Below are positions 10,819 through 24,562 of a stretch of 64,000 nucleotides of DNA, piece by piece. This DNA is from Macrostomum lignano (Eukaryota). The notes under the pieces were generated by a model that worked only from the letters and a program-made list of their open reading frames with translations, searched no databases and was not told where the DNA came from. The stretch's first letter is position 1, and each line of letters starts with the position of its first letter. A program made the position numbers and the translations under genes. Where the stretch lies: assembly GCA_002269645.1 (NCBI GenBank), contig NIVC01000103.1, positions 496,001 through 560,000 on the forward strand, in the 5' to 3' direction.

Positions 10819-13800
10819 ATAGAATATAGCATTGGTCTCACTATCTAAATTGCCATATACTCTAAATACCCCATGTAATATAGCTACATGTGCAGCATCT
10901 AGCTATCTCTTCAAAGCATTTATTAGGGTCTAGGTCTTAGTATTATATGGATATAAGTTACAAAGTTTACTAGCTACAGATAGGCTTATGGATATAAATA
11001 CAGATAGGCTATGGGAAAGTTTTAAGATATGGCTATACCAGACTCCGGAAGGTTACATGTATGCCAGAAAATTCCAGCATACAAATGACCCCTTTCAAAG
11101 TTGGTGTACAAATTTTGGCATACAAATTCATGCAATTTTTTTGGCATATCAATTTTGGTGAATAAATTCATGTTGTGCATGAAAATTGTAAGGTAAATTA
11201 ATGTTTTTACATAAAATAAAAGAAAATTTGTATAGTCTAGAAAGTCAGTAATAAAACTTTTTGCTGGTTTAAAATTAATAAATAAAATTAGTATAAATTA
11301 TTGCTAAGAATATAAAATTTTGCATTATTATTTCTGTAAGTTTAATTTTAAGTTTGTTTGAAATTGAAATTAAAACATTCATAATATTTTAAAGACTTTT
11401 TATACAAGCCTTTTTTAGGAAACTCTATATGAAAACCAAATGACCTTTATTAGGTAGATTTTTTGGCAAACATTTTAGGAATTTTTTTGCTTTTGGCATA
11501 CATTGGCATACATTTAGCTAAGATAGGATTGTTGTTTCAGCGTACACCACTATACGATCTGGACCCTAGTGCTATAGATATAGATATAGGAAAAATTTGG
11601 TTATAGCAATCAGTGGAACCTTAAATATAGTGACCATGGCCTAGCCTAAGCCTACAATAGAAACCATAGTCTAGATCATGCTAGGTGCATACCCAAACAA
11701 AAATTGAATAATTACAAATGCACACCAAAAAATTGAGTGCATGCCTATTCCTAAAACTATGCTAATGTTATAACAATAAATGACCCTTTTTACATTGTGA
11801 AAATAAATGACATTTTTGTATAATATAAGAGAACCTTTTTGGTAGATAATTTGTTTGATTTTTATGCTTTTTAGCAATATAATTTATAGTTCAGAAAATC
11901 AATGCATGCAAAAATTTGATTAAATACCTTAATTAGAACACAATGCAACACAATAAAACACAATGCATGCCAACTGTGCATGCTTATTTCTGGCATGCAA
12001 AGCCAATGCATGCCCAAATTTTTGGGCATATGCCTATACTATATGATCTGGAGTGTAGAATAGAAAACACATTGCTTAGTAACTAATATAATGTATAATA
12101 GCTAGACTTGAAGTCTATTCTATGATTTCGGATTTTAGACATGTTATAGGCCTAGTTACAAATCAAATTTTTAATTGATTTTGTTTTAAAAAATTGATTA
12201 ATAATCTTTAAATCAATTTTTTTATCTTAGCCTAACTTAGCAAAAGCTAGGCCTACGCTACATAGAGTAAAGAGACAAAAAATTAATAATCTATCTATAC
12301 AACTATAGCCATGGCCATAGCATAGGCCAGTCTCAATTAACATACCTGAAAAATTGTTTCTCAAGTTTCTTGTTGGAGAAGATTTTTTGATATTTAGGCT
12401 TATTATTAATATTAGGGTAATTAGGCCTGCATGCCTAGTAGGCTAGGGCCTAATATTAATAAAATGATCTTGAGTTGAAAGAAGCTAAAATCTAAATAAG
12501 CCCTAACCACAACCACAAAAAAGCTAGACTGACAGCAAAAATACAAACGTCTTTAAATGCTGAACAAGAAAATTAGGCCTTAACAATGTCACTGAGTCAC
12601 TCAACCACACCACAGGGGTTAAGAAAGCTGTTGCCTTGGCTAGGCCTATGCCGCATATGCTTTGCGTTGGGTCTAATACAATATCAGGGTCAGGACTCAG
12701 GGGGGGGGGGACAAGTAATGCAACCGTTGTGGTTTAAACTACCCTGGAGACTCAAAGGTAAAGAAAAACATTAGGATTGATTCGAAGATTGCGACATGTA
12801 GTACAATAGAACTATAAAAGCACATATACGCATCTTTTCACATGACAACAAACTAGTTGTAGTCTGTGTACGCTAAGCGGACACATTAGGAAATTTTGCT
12901 GACTTACGCAACATTGAGTATACAAAAATTTTTCAAAGAAAAGTTCGGTACTCATACGTTTTTTATTTTTATTTTTAGGGCTGAGTTTATGATTTAATGC
13001 AAAAAGCTTGGTATTAACTATGAATATTTGTTTAAGTCGGTACGAATAAATGTAGACAAAAAGCAAACCGTTGGACTGGTTATCATGGTCATGATGCTAT
13101 CTGGAGAAAAGATTGGAATTGGTTTTTAACAAAAAACGTTTTGCTTAATATTTTATAAATTTTGAGCTTTCACATCCTTTCAACCTGAGTTATTCCACCC
13201 TATTCCAAATCTTTCTACCTATACGCTACAGATAAATACAGCTGTAGCGTAGTTAGAAATTATTATTAATTAGCTATTAAGTGGTATAACTCATTCAATC
13301 AGAAAAGGGCTTGATTTTTGAATCACATTTAAAGAGAAACTAAACTTTTTAGGCAGAAAAGGACATAAGCGGTACCATGACAAAAATAGTTTCTTTTTCC
13401 AAAAATTGGGGATAATAATTCTCGTTTCCCCCCTTAATTATACGCTCATGAATAGTTGAAGTACTTCGGTTACGCTACCGTACCCGAGCAAAAATGCATA
13501 ACACACAAGCGGACCACCTGCGCGGCAATTATATGCAACAGGGACTTGGCACGTTAAATTAAGCCACAGGACGCTAAATTTTTACTTTATTTCTGCTTTA
13601 TGTACATGTAGAATTCAACAGAAAATGCATATTTGTCCATATACTAAAAATCGAATATAAAAAGCAAAGCACGTTGCCACAAAAACATTTTAAAAAGGTC
13701 TGTTGACTGACTAACTTTTGTTTCGACATTTAGTACGAGTAGAACTGCAAAATAAGTTTAAACACAAAGTATGCGATCAATGAATACAACACGAAGGCCC

Positions 13801-16265
13801 CTTTTAAGTGAGTTACTTACATGTAAGAGGCCGACTTTTGGCGTTCATGCGCCTACTTTAATAGCCTCCAGTAGTGGTGCATTTTATAACAGTAGCAATA
13901 TCAAGCCGTCGTTATACGTCGAATATATTAAGATTCTGAAACGCTGCCAAGACAGAAGCCGACTTCTGTTCAAGAGGTGCACAACAGAAAATTCTCCATT
14001 ACTGTTAAATTTTGTGTGCCCGTGTTTCTCCGCTCTAAAGCGGCAGAAAGGTAATTAATCTGTAACTAATACGAGCGTAATGACTAATAATCGGCGATAA
14101 AGAATGTTTAAGTCATAAAATCATTAGTGCAAATATTTAAATTTTCAAACAGAGCGACAGACACAAAAAGAGAAAGCAAAGCCCTCACAACAGGCAGCCA
14201 ATCGAGTATTCAACAAGGGCTGAATACAGCACGCCAAGTGTTATATTTTTTTACACAGTCGCCAAACACAACTTGAAAGGGAACGGGTCAGGACAGAACA
14301 GAGCACAAAAGCTTGCATCAAATAACATCAAAGTGACTTGTTGCGGAGTTGGGGGCTGTTCAACGCCGGGGGTTGGTGCGCAGGAGACGGGGGGGGGCTT
14401 ATGAAAAAGTCCGAACAATATTGAACAGGTGCGCGCCACAGGTTGCAAAGCAAGGATGCGCAACACAAACGGTTTATGAACAGTGGATGCTCGTAAAAAA
14501 TGCAACGTCAATAACGCCTGCTAAGAGTGTAAAATTCCGCAAGAACTTATGCAACACAGCGAGGCGGGAGGGGCTACTATAAGTCTCGTAAAACGGCGAC
14601 ACATTGAATTAGTGAATAATTTAAAAGCAGATGCAAAATCGATATAAGTTAGATATATACTAATCAACTCGGGTGCAGCCTGTCGCTGATAGAGTTCGCA
14701 TTATGCGCACATTAAAGTGAAGAGAGACAGTCGGACTTTGGACAGGAAAGCAACTAATAAGTAAAACATTTACAAATTAAGTTCGCGAGAAACTCGGAGT
14801 CACCAAAGTTGAAATCGGGCAAAGGGAAAATGCAGCACAAAAATACAGTTTTTACCATATTAAATAATGTAACTAATGTATTAAGTATTGATATTAAATT
14901 AAACGGTATTAGGGCTATAATTACAATTAATTTACCAGTAAAAATTGGCAAGGTTAAGCCAAACAACAATATTGGAGTGTGCGCTGAGAATAAATAAACG
15001 AGAAATTTTAGAAAATTTGCTAACTAGACTACTTAGTTAAAGTAGGGTATAGCAATACAGTCCTAGCCATATATCTATTTTTCTATTTTCATATCTATCT
15101 GAGACAGTTTGGGCCACAATAGCACACCTAGATATACCTAGCAATCCATATTACAGCCCAGTGCGCTGGGCTGTTTGAAACTCTGCACTTTGACTTTTTT
15201 AGCCTCAATAGAGAAAAAATACAAGACAAGGGTGGAGGGGTTGCACGGTCGCCGCAAAAGAATAAAAAGCACAACCAGGCCAGTTAGGAAGGGCGAGAAG
15301 TACTTTTTTCAAGCGGTATTAGTGCGGATCTTTTTTGTTATTTTCTCTGACCCTCTTCCTTAGTATGTATAATAGCAACTGACTCGGACTGGGACGAGAC
15401 GGCAAGGGGATCGAGAGGGAGGGCTTTATTTTAGTAACTGAAAAATGAGGAGGAATGGGAGAAAGGAGCCGTCACTCAGCTAAAGAGGGTAAGAAGGGAG
15501 GAGAGTCAACTTCTCCCAGCAGTGCGCTAAACAAGGAGTGAGAGAGAGAGAGCATCAGATCCCCGAGACGACGCAAAGTGCAGCAGACATGCGTGGCGGA
15601 CGATAAGAGAGGGGAGAGGTAAAGCAGCAGGGAGTGGGTGTGGCCATGCCGGGTTATGCATAAACATACATACATATATCGGTGCGTGGAAAAAGCAAAC
15701 AAGTACAAAACCCCCGACAGTCAGCAAGCGAGCAATTTGCGGTTTGAGACGAGAATTCGGGAGCTGATAAAGTGAAACCAAAATATGGCTGGGGATAGAG
15801 AGAGAAGCCTATAAGCCCAATATAATCCCTTTTAGTACAACAGCTGCAACAAAATAGTGATGGGTTAGATTTAGTTATTAGAAGGTCAGTAAGCTGAGAG
15901 AATAGAGAAAACGAGAGCCACGGGAGAACATCACTCGATCATATATATATGCATACATAAATAATATATATAGAGTACTATGTGTGTAGAGTAAAATAAA
16001 TACAATAATTTAGACTGCGGGCCCACTCTGACTGTAGCGCACTTACAGATAGGCGTTATTACTATTATTATTAATATTATTGTCATTATCACCGTTACTG
16101 AAAAAAACGTATTAATAAATCGTTTAATGAGTCGTAAAACAAAATCCAAAAAAACATAAAGACTGCTGATTGGCCGTATAAGAGAAAAGAATTAAAAAAC
16201 AATTAATCGAAGTTAGTTTATCTGTCAGTAGTACAATAACTAGATTTAGCAATTAAAATAGTTAA

Positions 16266-16271
16266 TTTATT
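16266..16271 (-). terminator. Candidate poly(A) signal of ARID1
   Basis: AATAAA on the minus strand ~470 nt after the stop, in U-rich sequence. Confidence 0.35.
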
Positions 16272-16736
16272 GACAATATGATCCCAGAGCTATTGATACT
16301 AAACTAGCAACTATATCAAACTGATTTTTGATTTGACAATGCCTAAACTTAATAAGTTAAAAAGGTAAACAAGAAAGAAACACCAGTCAATTACAGTACA
16401 CACGCGAGGGCACTGCGGGGGTGGAACAAGCGCATCTGAATTAAAGGACAGATTAAGCCGAACAGCGGGTAGCACGACGGTTTGCTCGAGCGTAAACCTA
16501 CGCAATTGAAGTACGCGCAAATTTAATATAATATGCGATTGTGAACAGAACAGGAGACCACGGGGCATGAGACGGAGAGAATTAAGACTTACATTTCAGA
16601 CAGACTGATAAGCAGGTGAACACGCAAAAAAGTACAAAATTGTGCGACAAAATCTGCGACACCTGTGACAGGGGAGACTTGGGACAGAAACGGGGTGTCC
16701 AGGAATGGGGAGACAGACGCGCACAGGGTTTGGGCA

Positions 16737-17171
16737 TCACGCCGGAGGCCCCACCAGCTGCGCCTCCGGGCAAGACAATCGGCGAAGGCATTCAGCCAGC
16801 GGTTCAGTCAGCGAAGGCTGCAGCACGGAGCTCATGCACAGCATCAATAGGCGATCCTCTTCGCGGGCGAAGCTGGCCAAAGCTGGCTCGCCGCCGCGCT
16901 CCATCACGCAGCGCAGCGATAGCACCGCTCGCTGGAGCAGGTCAAGCGACACCACGCCGGGAGCCTGGCGGAGTAGGTCGGGATTCTCAGCCAGAGCTTG
17001 CACTCCGTACTGCTGGCAGATGTGCACAGCTTGACTCTCCACCTGTTCTAGAAAGTCCAAAATCGGCCGCACAGGCCCGGGGCTGCACTGGGCGGCCAGC
17101 TCGCACACTGACCAGTCATCGCTGTGCGCCAGTAGGTAAACTAGCAGGGCCAGGGAGAGCTCGCGTTGCAC
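16737..17171 (-). CDS. ARID1: ARID1/Osa (BAF250) exon 4
   Basis: gctcag|GTG; VQRELSLALLVYLL...FAREEDRLLMLCMSSVL resembles the BAF250 C-terminus; TGA at 16737. Confidence 0.88.
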   Translation of the reverse strand: MQRELSLALLVYLLAHSDDWSVCELAAQCSPGPVRPILDFLEQVESQAVHICQQYGVQALAENPDLLRQAPGVVSLDLLQRAVLSLRCVMERGGEPALASFAREEDRLLMLCMSSVLQPSLTEPLAECLRRLSCPEAQLVGPPA

Positions 17172-17738
17172 CTGAGCACGGGTGAGACGGGGCGATAAGT
17201 TTAGGTTAACAGGTGGTGCGCCAAGGCCAATGACCGTATCTTGCGCAACGCTTTCATATGAATCTTTTCTAGCTGCGCATCGCCCCCTGACAGAGCAGCA
17301 GCTGTTCCAAGTTGGCAAGCAATAAGGCAGCAGCAAGAATTAGAAGCGAGGAAAAAGATTGGCTGCGCAATTATACGCGATTGCCACTGCCTGGCAGCAA
17401 ATTCTGTAGGAAATCTCTCAGACTGTCTGAGCCATCAGTGCAGCATCTGAACCAGCCAAGTTGTTTGGAAATAAGAAAAACAATATTATCAAATATGAAG
17501 CAGAAAAGGCCAGACGAGCGAGAGGGAGAGAGAGGACTAAAAGAAGGCACAGGAGCAGACTAAATGCAGAATTAACTGCATATTGAAGCCGCAAAAGAGA
17601 ACAATTAAATGCAGATGCGGATAGGCGGTTCTTCAGATACGAGGGCTTAAATTTCTAATTAGAAATCCAGGTTAGATAATACAGGAAAAAGGACTCGCGA
17701 GAGTAGAGCTAAAAAACATCAATGAAATTAATACGTAC

Positions 17739-18070
17739 CTGATCTCTCTGTCTGAGCTTGCCGCACAGCATCTCGAGAGTGTCGCGCAGTTGGCCCCTAT
17801 CCGGGGTGGCCAGCACCAGGTCGATGTTCTCGGGCCTGACGCACAACTTAGCCAGCGTCTCGCAAGCCAGGCCGAACCAGGCGTCCTCGTGCAGCCGGCG
17901 GAGCAGCACGGAGACCAGTGGCCGGCAGACACATTCGGACAGGCGTTCGAGAGCGACGTGACCGGCAACGTTGGACAGGATTACCAGCAAGTCGTCTACA
18001 TCGTACATTAGCGAGTCTCCAGGTGTGTTCAACAGGGTGGCGGCGATCCGAAGGAAGCCCGAGTGGTTGC
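17739..18070 (-). CDS. ARID1: ARID1/Osa exon 3 (BAF250_C)
   Basis: acacag|GC...CAG|gtacgt; GNHSGFLRI...LACETLAKLCVRPENIDLVLATP; phases 1 to 0. Confidence 0.9.
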
Positions 18071-18164
18071 CTGTGTCAGGTGGCGGTTGACAAACTTTAC
18101 ATACAATGTACTGTCTACACTATAAAAGCAAGTGGGAGACGTTTAACCGATTGATGAAGAAACG

Positions 18165-18845
18165 GTAGAGGCTGAGCACACTTAAGAATCAGGGGATATT
18201 AGAGGCTGAGCACACACTGAAGAATCAGGGAATAGTAGAGGCTGAGCACACACTGAAGAATCAGGGAATAGTAGAGGCTGAGCACACACTGAAGAATCAG
18301 GGGATATTAGAGGCTGAGCACACACTGAAGAATCAGGGGATATTAGAGGCTGAGCACACACTGAAGAATCAGTGGATAGTAGAGGCTGAGCACACACTGA
18401 AGAATCAGGGGATAGTAGAGGCTGAGCACACACTGAAGAATCTGGGGATAGTAGAGGCTGAGCACACACTGAAGAATCAGGGAATAGTAGAGGCTGAGCA
18501 CACACTGAAGAATCTGGGGATAGTAGAGGCTGAGCACACACTGAAGAATCAGGGGATAGTAGAGGCTGAGCACACACTGAAGAATCAGTGGATAGTAGAG
18601 GCTGAGCACACACTGAAGAATCAGGGAATAGTAGAGGCTGAGCACACACTGAAGAATCAGGGAATAGTAGAGGCTGAGCACACACTGAAGAATCAGGGGA
18701 TAGTAGAGGCTGAGCACACACTGAAGAATCAGGGGATAGTAGAGGCTGAGCACACACTGAAGAATCAGGGGATAGTAGAGGCTGAGCACACACTGAAGAA
18801 TCAGGGGATAGTAGAGGCTGAGCACATACTGAAGAATGCTGAGAA
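18165..18845. repeat. 36-bp intronic minisatellite, ~19 copies (ARID1 intron 2)
   Basis: Unit GGGGATAGTAGAGGCTGAGCACACACTGAAGAATCA. Confidence 0.97.
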
Positions 18846-18862
18846 TACAAGCTAGAACTCAC

Positions 18863-21800
18863 CAATAACAGATTCGTTGCTAGGAAGGAAGGACAGCGAT
18901 CGGATGACGTTAAGCACGGCTCGGCAGCGCAATTTCAACTGATTGCGATCCTCTTCGGTCTCATTGACGAAGACAGTCGCATGGCGATTGTCCGATGCTG
19001 CCGGCGCAACCGGAGCCTCAGCAGCGGGCTTTGTAGGCTGGTCGCGGTCGTTAGTGCCTGCGTCCGAACTGTCCGAATGCCTCCGCTTTCTTGGCCAACG
19101 CAGACAGGATTTGACGTGCCGGCTAGACAGGCAGATTCCGCTGGCTCGGTCGGCCGGCCGACGCAGCTGGTCGGTTTCCAGACTGAGCAGGTTGCGATTC
19201 TCATCTGTGGCCGCCCGGCCGGCGTGCAAGTCGATTAATAACCGGCGCCAGACGTCCACTAAAGCGTCGAATAGGCCGGCTAGGCGGGTGAGGCCGAACA
19301 TGTCGCAGGTGCCGGAGTCCGCTAGTAGCACGTTGAGCACATTCAAAGCCCAGGTGACCTCGGTTAGCAGGCCGGAGCGCAGGGCCATTAGAACGCGCCA
19401 GATATCTACAGGTCCGCCAATATCTTTTTGGTTTAGGGCCTTGTGCTTGACGCGCGGCTCGATGCCTTCAACTGTTTTTGGATCCAGGGGAGGAAGCTGG
19501 CGATGTTGCACTAGGTGCGGATGATGCTGCGGATGCTGGCCAGGATGATGGTGATGATGCTGCGGCGGCACAGAGAGATGATGCTGATGATGATGACTCG
19601 GATGAGGCTGCTGATGGTGATAGGGCGAGTAGGGCTGATGATGCGGCGGATGCTGCTGCTGCTGGGTCATCGGAGGCCCCATTTGGCCGGCGTACTGATG
19701 CGACGGCGGATGCTGTGACGGCGGGCCCATCGGGTGATGATGCGGCATTGGCGGCGGAGGGCGCTGCTGTTGTTGCTGCTGCTGCGGCGGCTGGTTGCCA
19801 CGGCCGAGTATTCGACCAACCGAAGACGTCTGCGACTGCGGCGGCGGCTGATGACTGCTGACCATGTGCTCAAGCTTAGTCAGCTGGTGTGAGGAATTGC
19901 AGCCGCCGCTGCTGTACGGCTGCTGACCGTCCATCGGCCGAGTTGCGGAAGATGCCGACGTAGTAGCCGCAGACGAGCTAGGCGCCGTCGACAAATGATT
20001 GTTGCTATCCGACGGAGCCGATGATGACGGCGGCTGCTGCTGAGAATGCGAAGACATCGGCGGCGGAGGCGGATGATGCTGGTGCTGGTGCGGCGGCATG
20101 GGGGCGCCCATAGATCCGGGTGCAGCCGAGGACGAGGACGGAGGCGGCGGCAGAGGCGGCCTTTGCTGCCAAGGAGGCATGTGGTGCATAGTGTAGCCTG
20201 GCCCGTTAGCTGGCGGATAGCCGTGCGGATGCTGATAAGCCGGATGGTAGTGCGGAGGTGGCGGCTGGTGCGGATGGTGCGGATACGGCGGCACGGGGCC
20301 TCCATTGGACATCGAATGGTGATGATGAGGCGGCGGCGGCGGATGCTGGTGGTGCATGTGATGCGGGTACATATGCTCAGGCGGCGGGCCGCCAACCATA
20401 CCGTTGGGCATGCCGGGCTGGTGCTGATGATGCGGCGGCATTGACGGATGCATCCCGTGGGGCGGCATTTGGCCAGGCGCTCCGCCGTTAACCATCGCCG
20501 GATTGGGCGTTGCCGGGGTGCCGCGGCCGCCGCTGTGGTTAGAGCTGTCCTCACTTTTCATAGAAGCCACGTCTGGGCCTTTAATCATGGCCGCCTTGCC
20601 GCCAGCGTTGTTGGCTGGGCCACCAGCTGGGCCCGTCTTTTTCTTGGTCATAGCTTCGATCTCGTCAACAACCGGCCGCGGATCGCAGCCGTCTCGATCA
20701 AAGTGGTACTCGAAATCGATCAGGTATTTGGTGTAATTGCGCCGCAGCGTGTAAGCAGCGCTAGCCGACGCGTTGATGTGAATAAACTGCGACACCTCTT
20801 TCCATTTCTTCGATTTAACAACCTCGAGCACTCCGCCGCGCTCGCGTACACCGCAGTAGAGCCTGTAAAGATCCAGCGGCTGCTTGGCTACCTGGGGCAA
20901 ATTGGTGAGCGGCTTGCCGCGCTCCTCCATGAACTGCAGATAGCGTTCAACCCATTGGCGACGCTCCGGCTCGGAGCCGAGCTCGAACAGCTTGTGCAGG
21001 CTGGTGCTGCTGCTGGACACGCCGCCAGCGCCTCCGCCATGCCCGGTGGCGTTGCTATTGAAATTCGGAGGCAGCGCGGGTGTACTAGGCGACGAGATCA
21101 TGGAGTTCTCGTCGTCCTGGAAACTGGTCGAGGCCGGCGAGCCAGGCGGAATCGTGCTCGAGTCGCCGTCCTTGGCCGACGAAATCGGGCTGGCGATGTA
21201 GGCGCCCGCGACAACGCCTGCTGCGCTGGTTGTGGCGCTAGCGCTGCCAACGCTGGCGCAAACACCGGAAGAGGAGCTATTATTGCTGCTGCCGCCCCCG
21301 CCGCCGGAGCCGTTCGTCAGGTTAGTCTGCGGTTCAAGCGTTGGCGGACCGCCAGTCGATGGAGCATTAGCCGACGCTGTGGACGTAGCCGACTTGCTGG
21401 TGTTCGATGCTAACGCAGACGACGCCGGCGCAGCCATCGAGGAGCCTGTGGCTGTTGCTGTTGCCGCCGAAGCAGCCTGAGAACCGTGCGAAGGCGGAGG
21501 CGCCGGCGGTGGCGGCGGAGGCGGAAGATGCGGCGGCGGCAATTGCTGCTGCGACTGCGGCGGCCCCATAGGCATAGGCTGCTGATGCTGCATATGCGCT
21601 GGCATCTGCATCGGAGGCCTGTGATAAGGCGACCGTGCCGGGTAAGGGTTTTGCATTGGCGGCGGTGGATATCCGGGCGGCCCTCCCGGGTAGCCGGGAT
21701 GCTGGGGATAAGCGCCTCTAGGATAGGGCGGATAGGGACTCGGCGGATAAAGGCCCGAAGGGGGCCCAGCATATGGATTGTGCTGCTGCTGCTGCTGCGG

Positions 21801-21936
21801 TGGAGGCGGCGGCTGCTGTTGCGGCTGCTGCTGCTGCTGCTGTGACGCCGGCGGCTGCTGTTGCTGCGATTGCTGACTGGAACCGTGCGAAGTCGGTGGC
21901 GGCTGGCCCTGAGGCATTGGGTGAATCCCTCGCGGC
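18863..21936 (-). CDS. ARID1: ARID1/Osa exon 2 (P/Q/H-rich regions, ARID domain, start of BAF250_C)
   Basis: ttttctag|G...G|gtgag; ARID domain LFELGSEPERRQWVERYLQFM...LDLYRLY...GG...KKWKEV...AAYTLRRNYTKYL; WRVLMALRSGLLTEVTWALNVLNVLL. Confidence 0.95.
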
Positions 21937-22384
21937 CTAGAAAATGGTCGGTGGTAAAGGATAGGAATGTGTTGGAGCGAACTCGATAAAAGAAGAGCTT
22001 TAGGATGGGAAAGGGATACAAAGCATATAGTATAAAGTATGAGCACAGTGGACAGGCGAGTAAAAATAGTTTATAAAAGGGAAGAAAGAGCTTTGGGAGT
22101 CCGCGCGATTGATTAAGCTGCAAGGCATGCGCGGCAATCACAACCCCTGGCAACTCCGTCTGATCCGCTTAATTCCCGCCTTCCACCCTCGTGCCCATGC
22201 CTGACAATTAATTTCCCCATATTCCCCTCCATTCCCCACCGCCTTTCTCCTTTCAGTCCTGGCTCCACACGATAGTTTCAGGGTCAAGTCTTCGTTTGTA
22301 AATCCAGACCGCTCAATCAGATGCAGCGATTCTGTCCTTGCCCCCACTTTACAGTCTTGGGATTATATGGAAGTATGCAACTAA

Positions 22385-22406
22385 GGGCGGGTTTTCCCGC
22401 GCCAAT
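22385..22406. promoter_or_regulatory. GC box, E2F site and CCAAT cluster (possible internal ARID1 promoter)
   Basis: GGGCGG-G-TTTTCCCGCG-CCAAT within 22 bp, ~450 nt upstream of exon 2. Confidence 0.4.
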
Positions 22407-24562
22407 AGCTATACATTTCGTCGACAAAAATAGCCTCATTTTTGTGAACCATAATTTAAAAACTGTCTGGTACTTTTCGACCCTCTGATAAGAGTGGACA
22501 AGCAGGTCAATGAATGCAAGACCCGCTGCTGCTGAAATATTAGCTGATACATGTTAGACATAAAAATGCCTTGCACTTCTCATTTAATCTCTAATTACAC
22601 TTGTAGTTTACAAGTGAAGTGAGTTTACTATAAAGTTACTAATGTACAGAGATTCACAAGTTGATACTGGTGTACACAGTTCAGCCATATACACTCCCCT
22701 TTAAACCTAGTAGTTTTCTAGTCGAATCTAAGTAGTAAATCCAGTATATAACTATCAAGCCTTGTGCTCTTATCTCTAACTATAATTTTTGCTTTAGTTT
22801 AAATGAAAAGAGAAGTAAGAACCTTATATTTTTAGCATAAGAATTGTATGAGATTTATAAGACGATCCTATTGGAGCAAATTTGAAGACACATATGCTTT
22901 GTAAAGTGCAATAATCATATACAAGCAGACTTTAATCTCAAGTGCCCAACAATATAGGATCATAGAAGCACATTTTAAGTTTCCTAAGTTTCTATCATTC
23001 TTTGAATGGAAGAAGAAGGCTTTTATACCATTTGAATTTGACTAATTCAATTTAAGGATGTCATTATGTTTTAAGTATGCAAGCATGCCAATTAATTTTT
23101 TTATCTATGCACAATGCTATCCACATAGAAACCTTACTTGCTTTAATAGGTAAAAACAATAATTATATATAGAGTACAAAAAAACAATTTAAATTTTGAA
23201 GTTTGTTACCTATAGTTTTAATATATATATAAGTACTGAAATAATAAGTACATTGATCCACTTCTTACATTAAAAAATAGCAGTTTAACTTGACAAGCAA
23301 TATTAGATTGAACTCATTTATACAACTATCAAAATTGTGGTTTTAATTAGGAAATATATTATTTAAAAAGCTATTGCTATAGCATTATATAAAAAGTTTA
23401 GAATGCAAATTCTCATATAAATAGCAAAGAAAGAAATAAGAAAAAATTCCCTATTTGAAAAAAATGGTTCTTTAATTATGTCAAATGGCATATAAAAAAG
23501 AGAAGAATTATTGATTTATAAGAAAAATAGGCATGTTTGATAATTAAAACATAGTTGTACCATGGTTACAATTGTTTTATAGTTGTCATTTGTTCTATTC
23601 GACATAATAATGCGTTGATTAGCATAACTAACATAATTATATTAATAACTGTGTTAAATTGATAATTGAAAATAATTATAGATATACCAATGGACATAGT
23701 TGTAGCTAGTTAATACAATTCTAAATTTTTATTAGACAATATAAAAATATTAGGCCTATGCTAAACAATTGTTTAAAGAGAAATATAAGCCAAAAGTTTG
23801 TCATTTTAAATTTTGCTATAGACATCTAAGTATTAATAAACCAAAATGATATTAGACTTTGGATGCAATATTGTATTTTAATGCTAATGAAAAAACTTAA
23901 CAGCCAATACTAGATTATTAGTTTTCCAAACTAAATAAAACCAAACCAAACTAAAGGTATTCTTTTATTACCACTATAGTAATATACATTATAAAGAATA
24001 AAATGATTTCTTATATACATATAGGTTTTTAGTTTCATTTTATCATAGGGTTTTAATACTACTAAAGACAAGGTTATATATTTTTAATATAAATCAAAAA
24101 CTGAAATAGAACATATTAAAACATACATAAATTATATTATAGCCATAGTCGAGATCATGTTACATATACCAGAAATAACCTAAAAGTATTTTTAATTATA
24201 TACCAATATACTAGGCAAGATATAGTAGTATGCTAAAAGTGCCAGCTAGCAATGATATATGTTTTTTTATGTTTTTATATGTTTTTAAGGGTCTAAACCT
24301 TTAGTTTACTCTAGCATTGACACAAAAATTTATATAAATTCAAAAAATTATAACATTTTTTGATAAAGCTACTATCCTTTATATATTCAATATATTTGCA
24401 ACAAAATTAAAATGCAGTGTGCACTATGACTTTTCAAAAAACATGTATCAAATATGCCTTAGCTATTACAAATATATGCTATAAATTTCTATTACAAATG
24501 AAATGATCCTAAAGTATAGTAAAATATTTAATATAAATAGATTAATATTATAGCTATATATA

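Noticed and set aside
10923-11569. Degenerate TIR pair (TAGGGTC[T/C]AG...)
   Set aside because: Only ~13/17 match and no clear TSD
15153-15174. Perfect 9-bp hairpin, possible Helitron 3' end
   Set aside because: The downstream CTAG is followed by G rather than T, and no 5' TC end was identified
18182-18862. 227-aa (AQPLLSPDSSVC)n ORF
   Set aside because: Intronic between phase-matched ARID1 exons, with nonsynonymous variation
18943-21845. Many plus-strand and alternative-frame ORFs over ARID1 exon 2 (likewise over DYRK1 and the kinase)
   Set aside because: Shadow ORFs of GC-rich, low-complexity coding sequence
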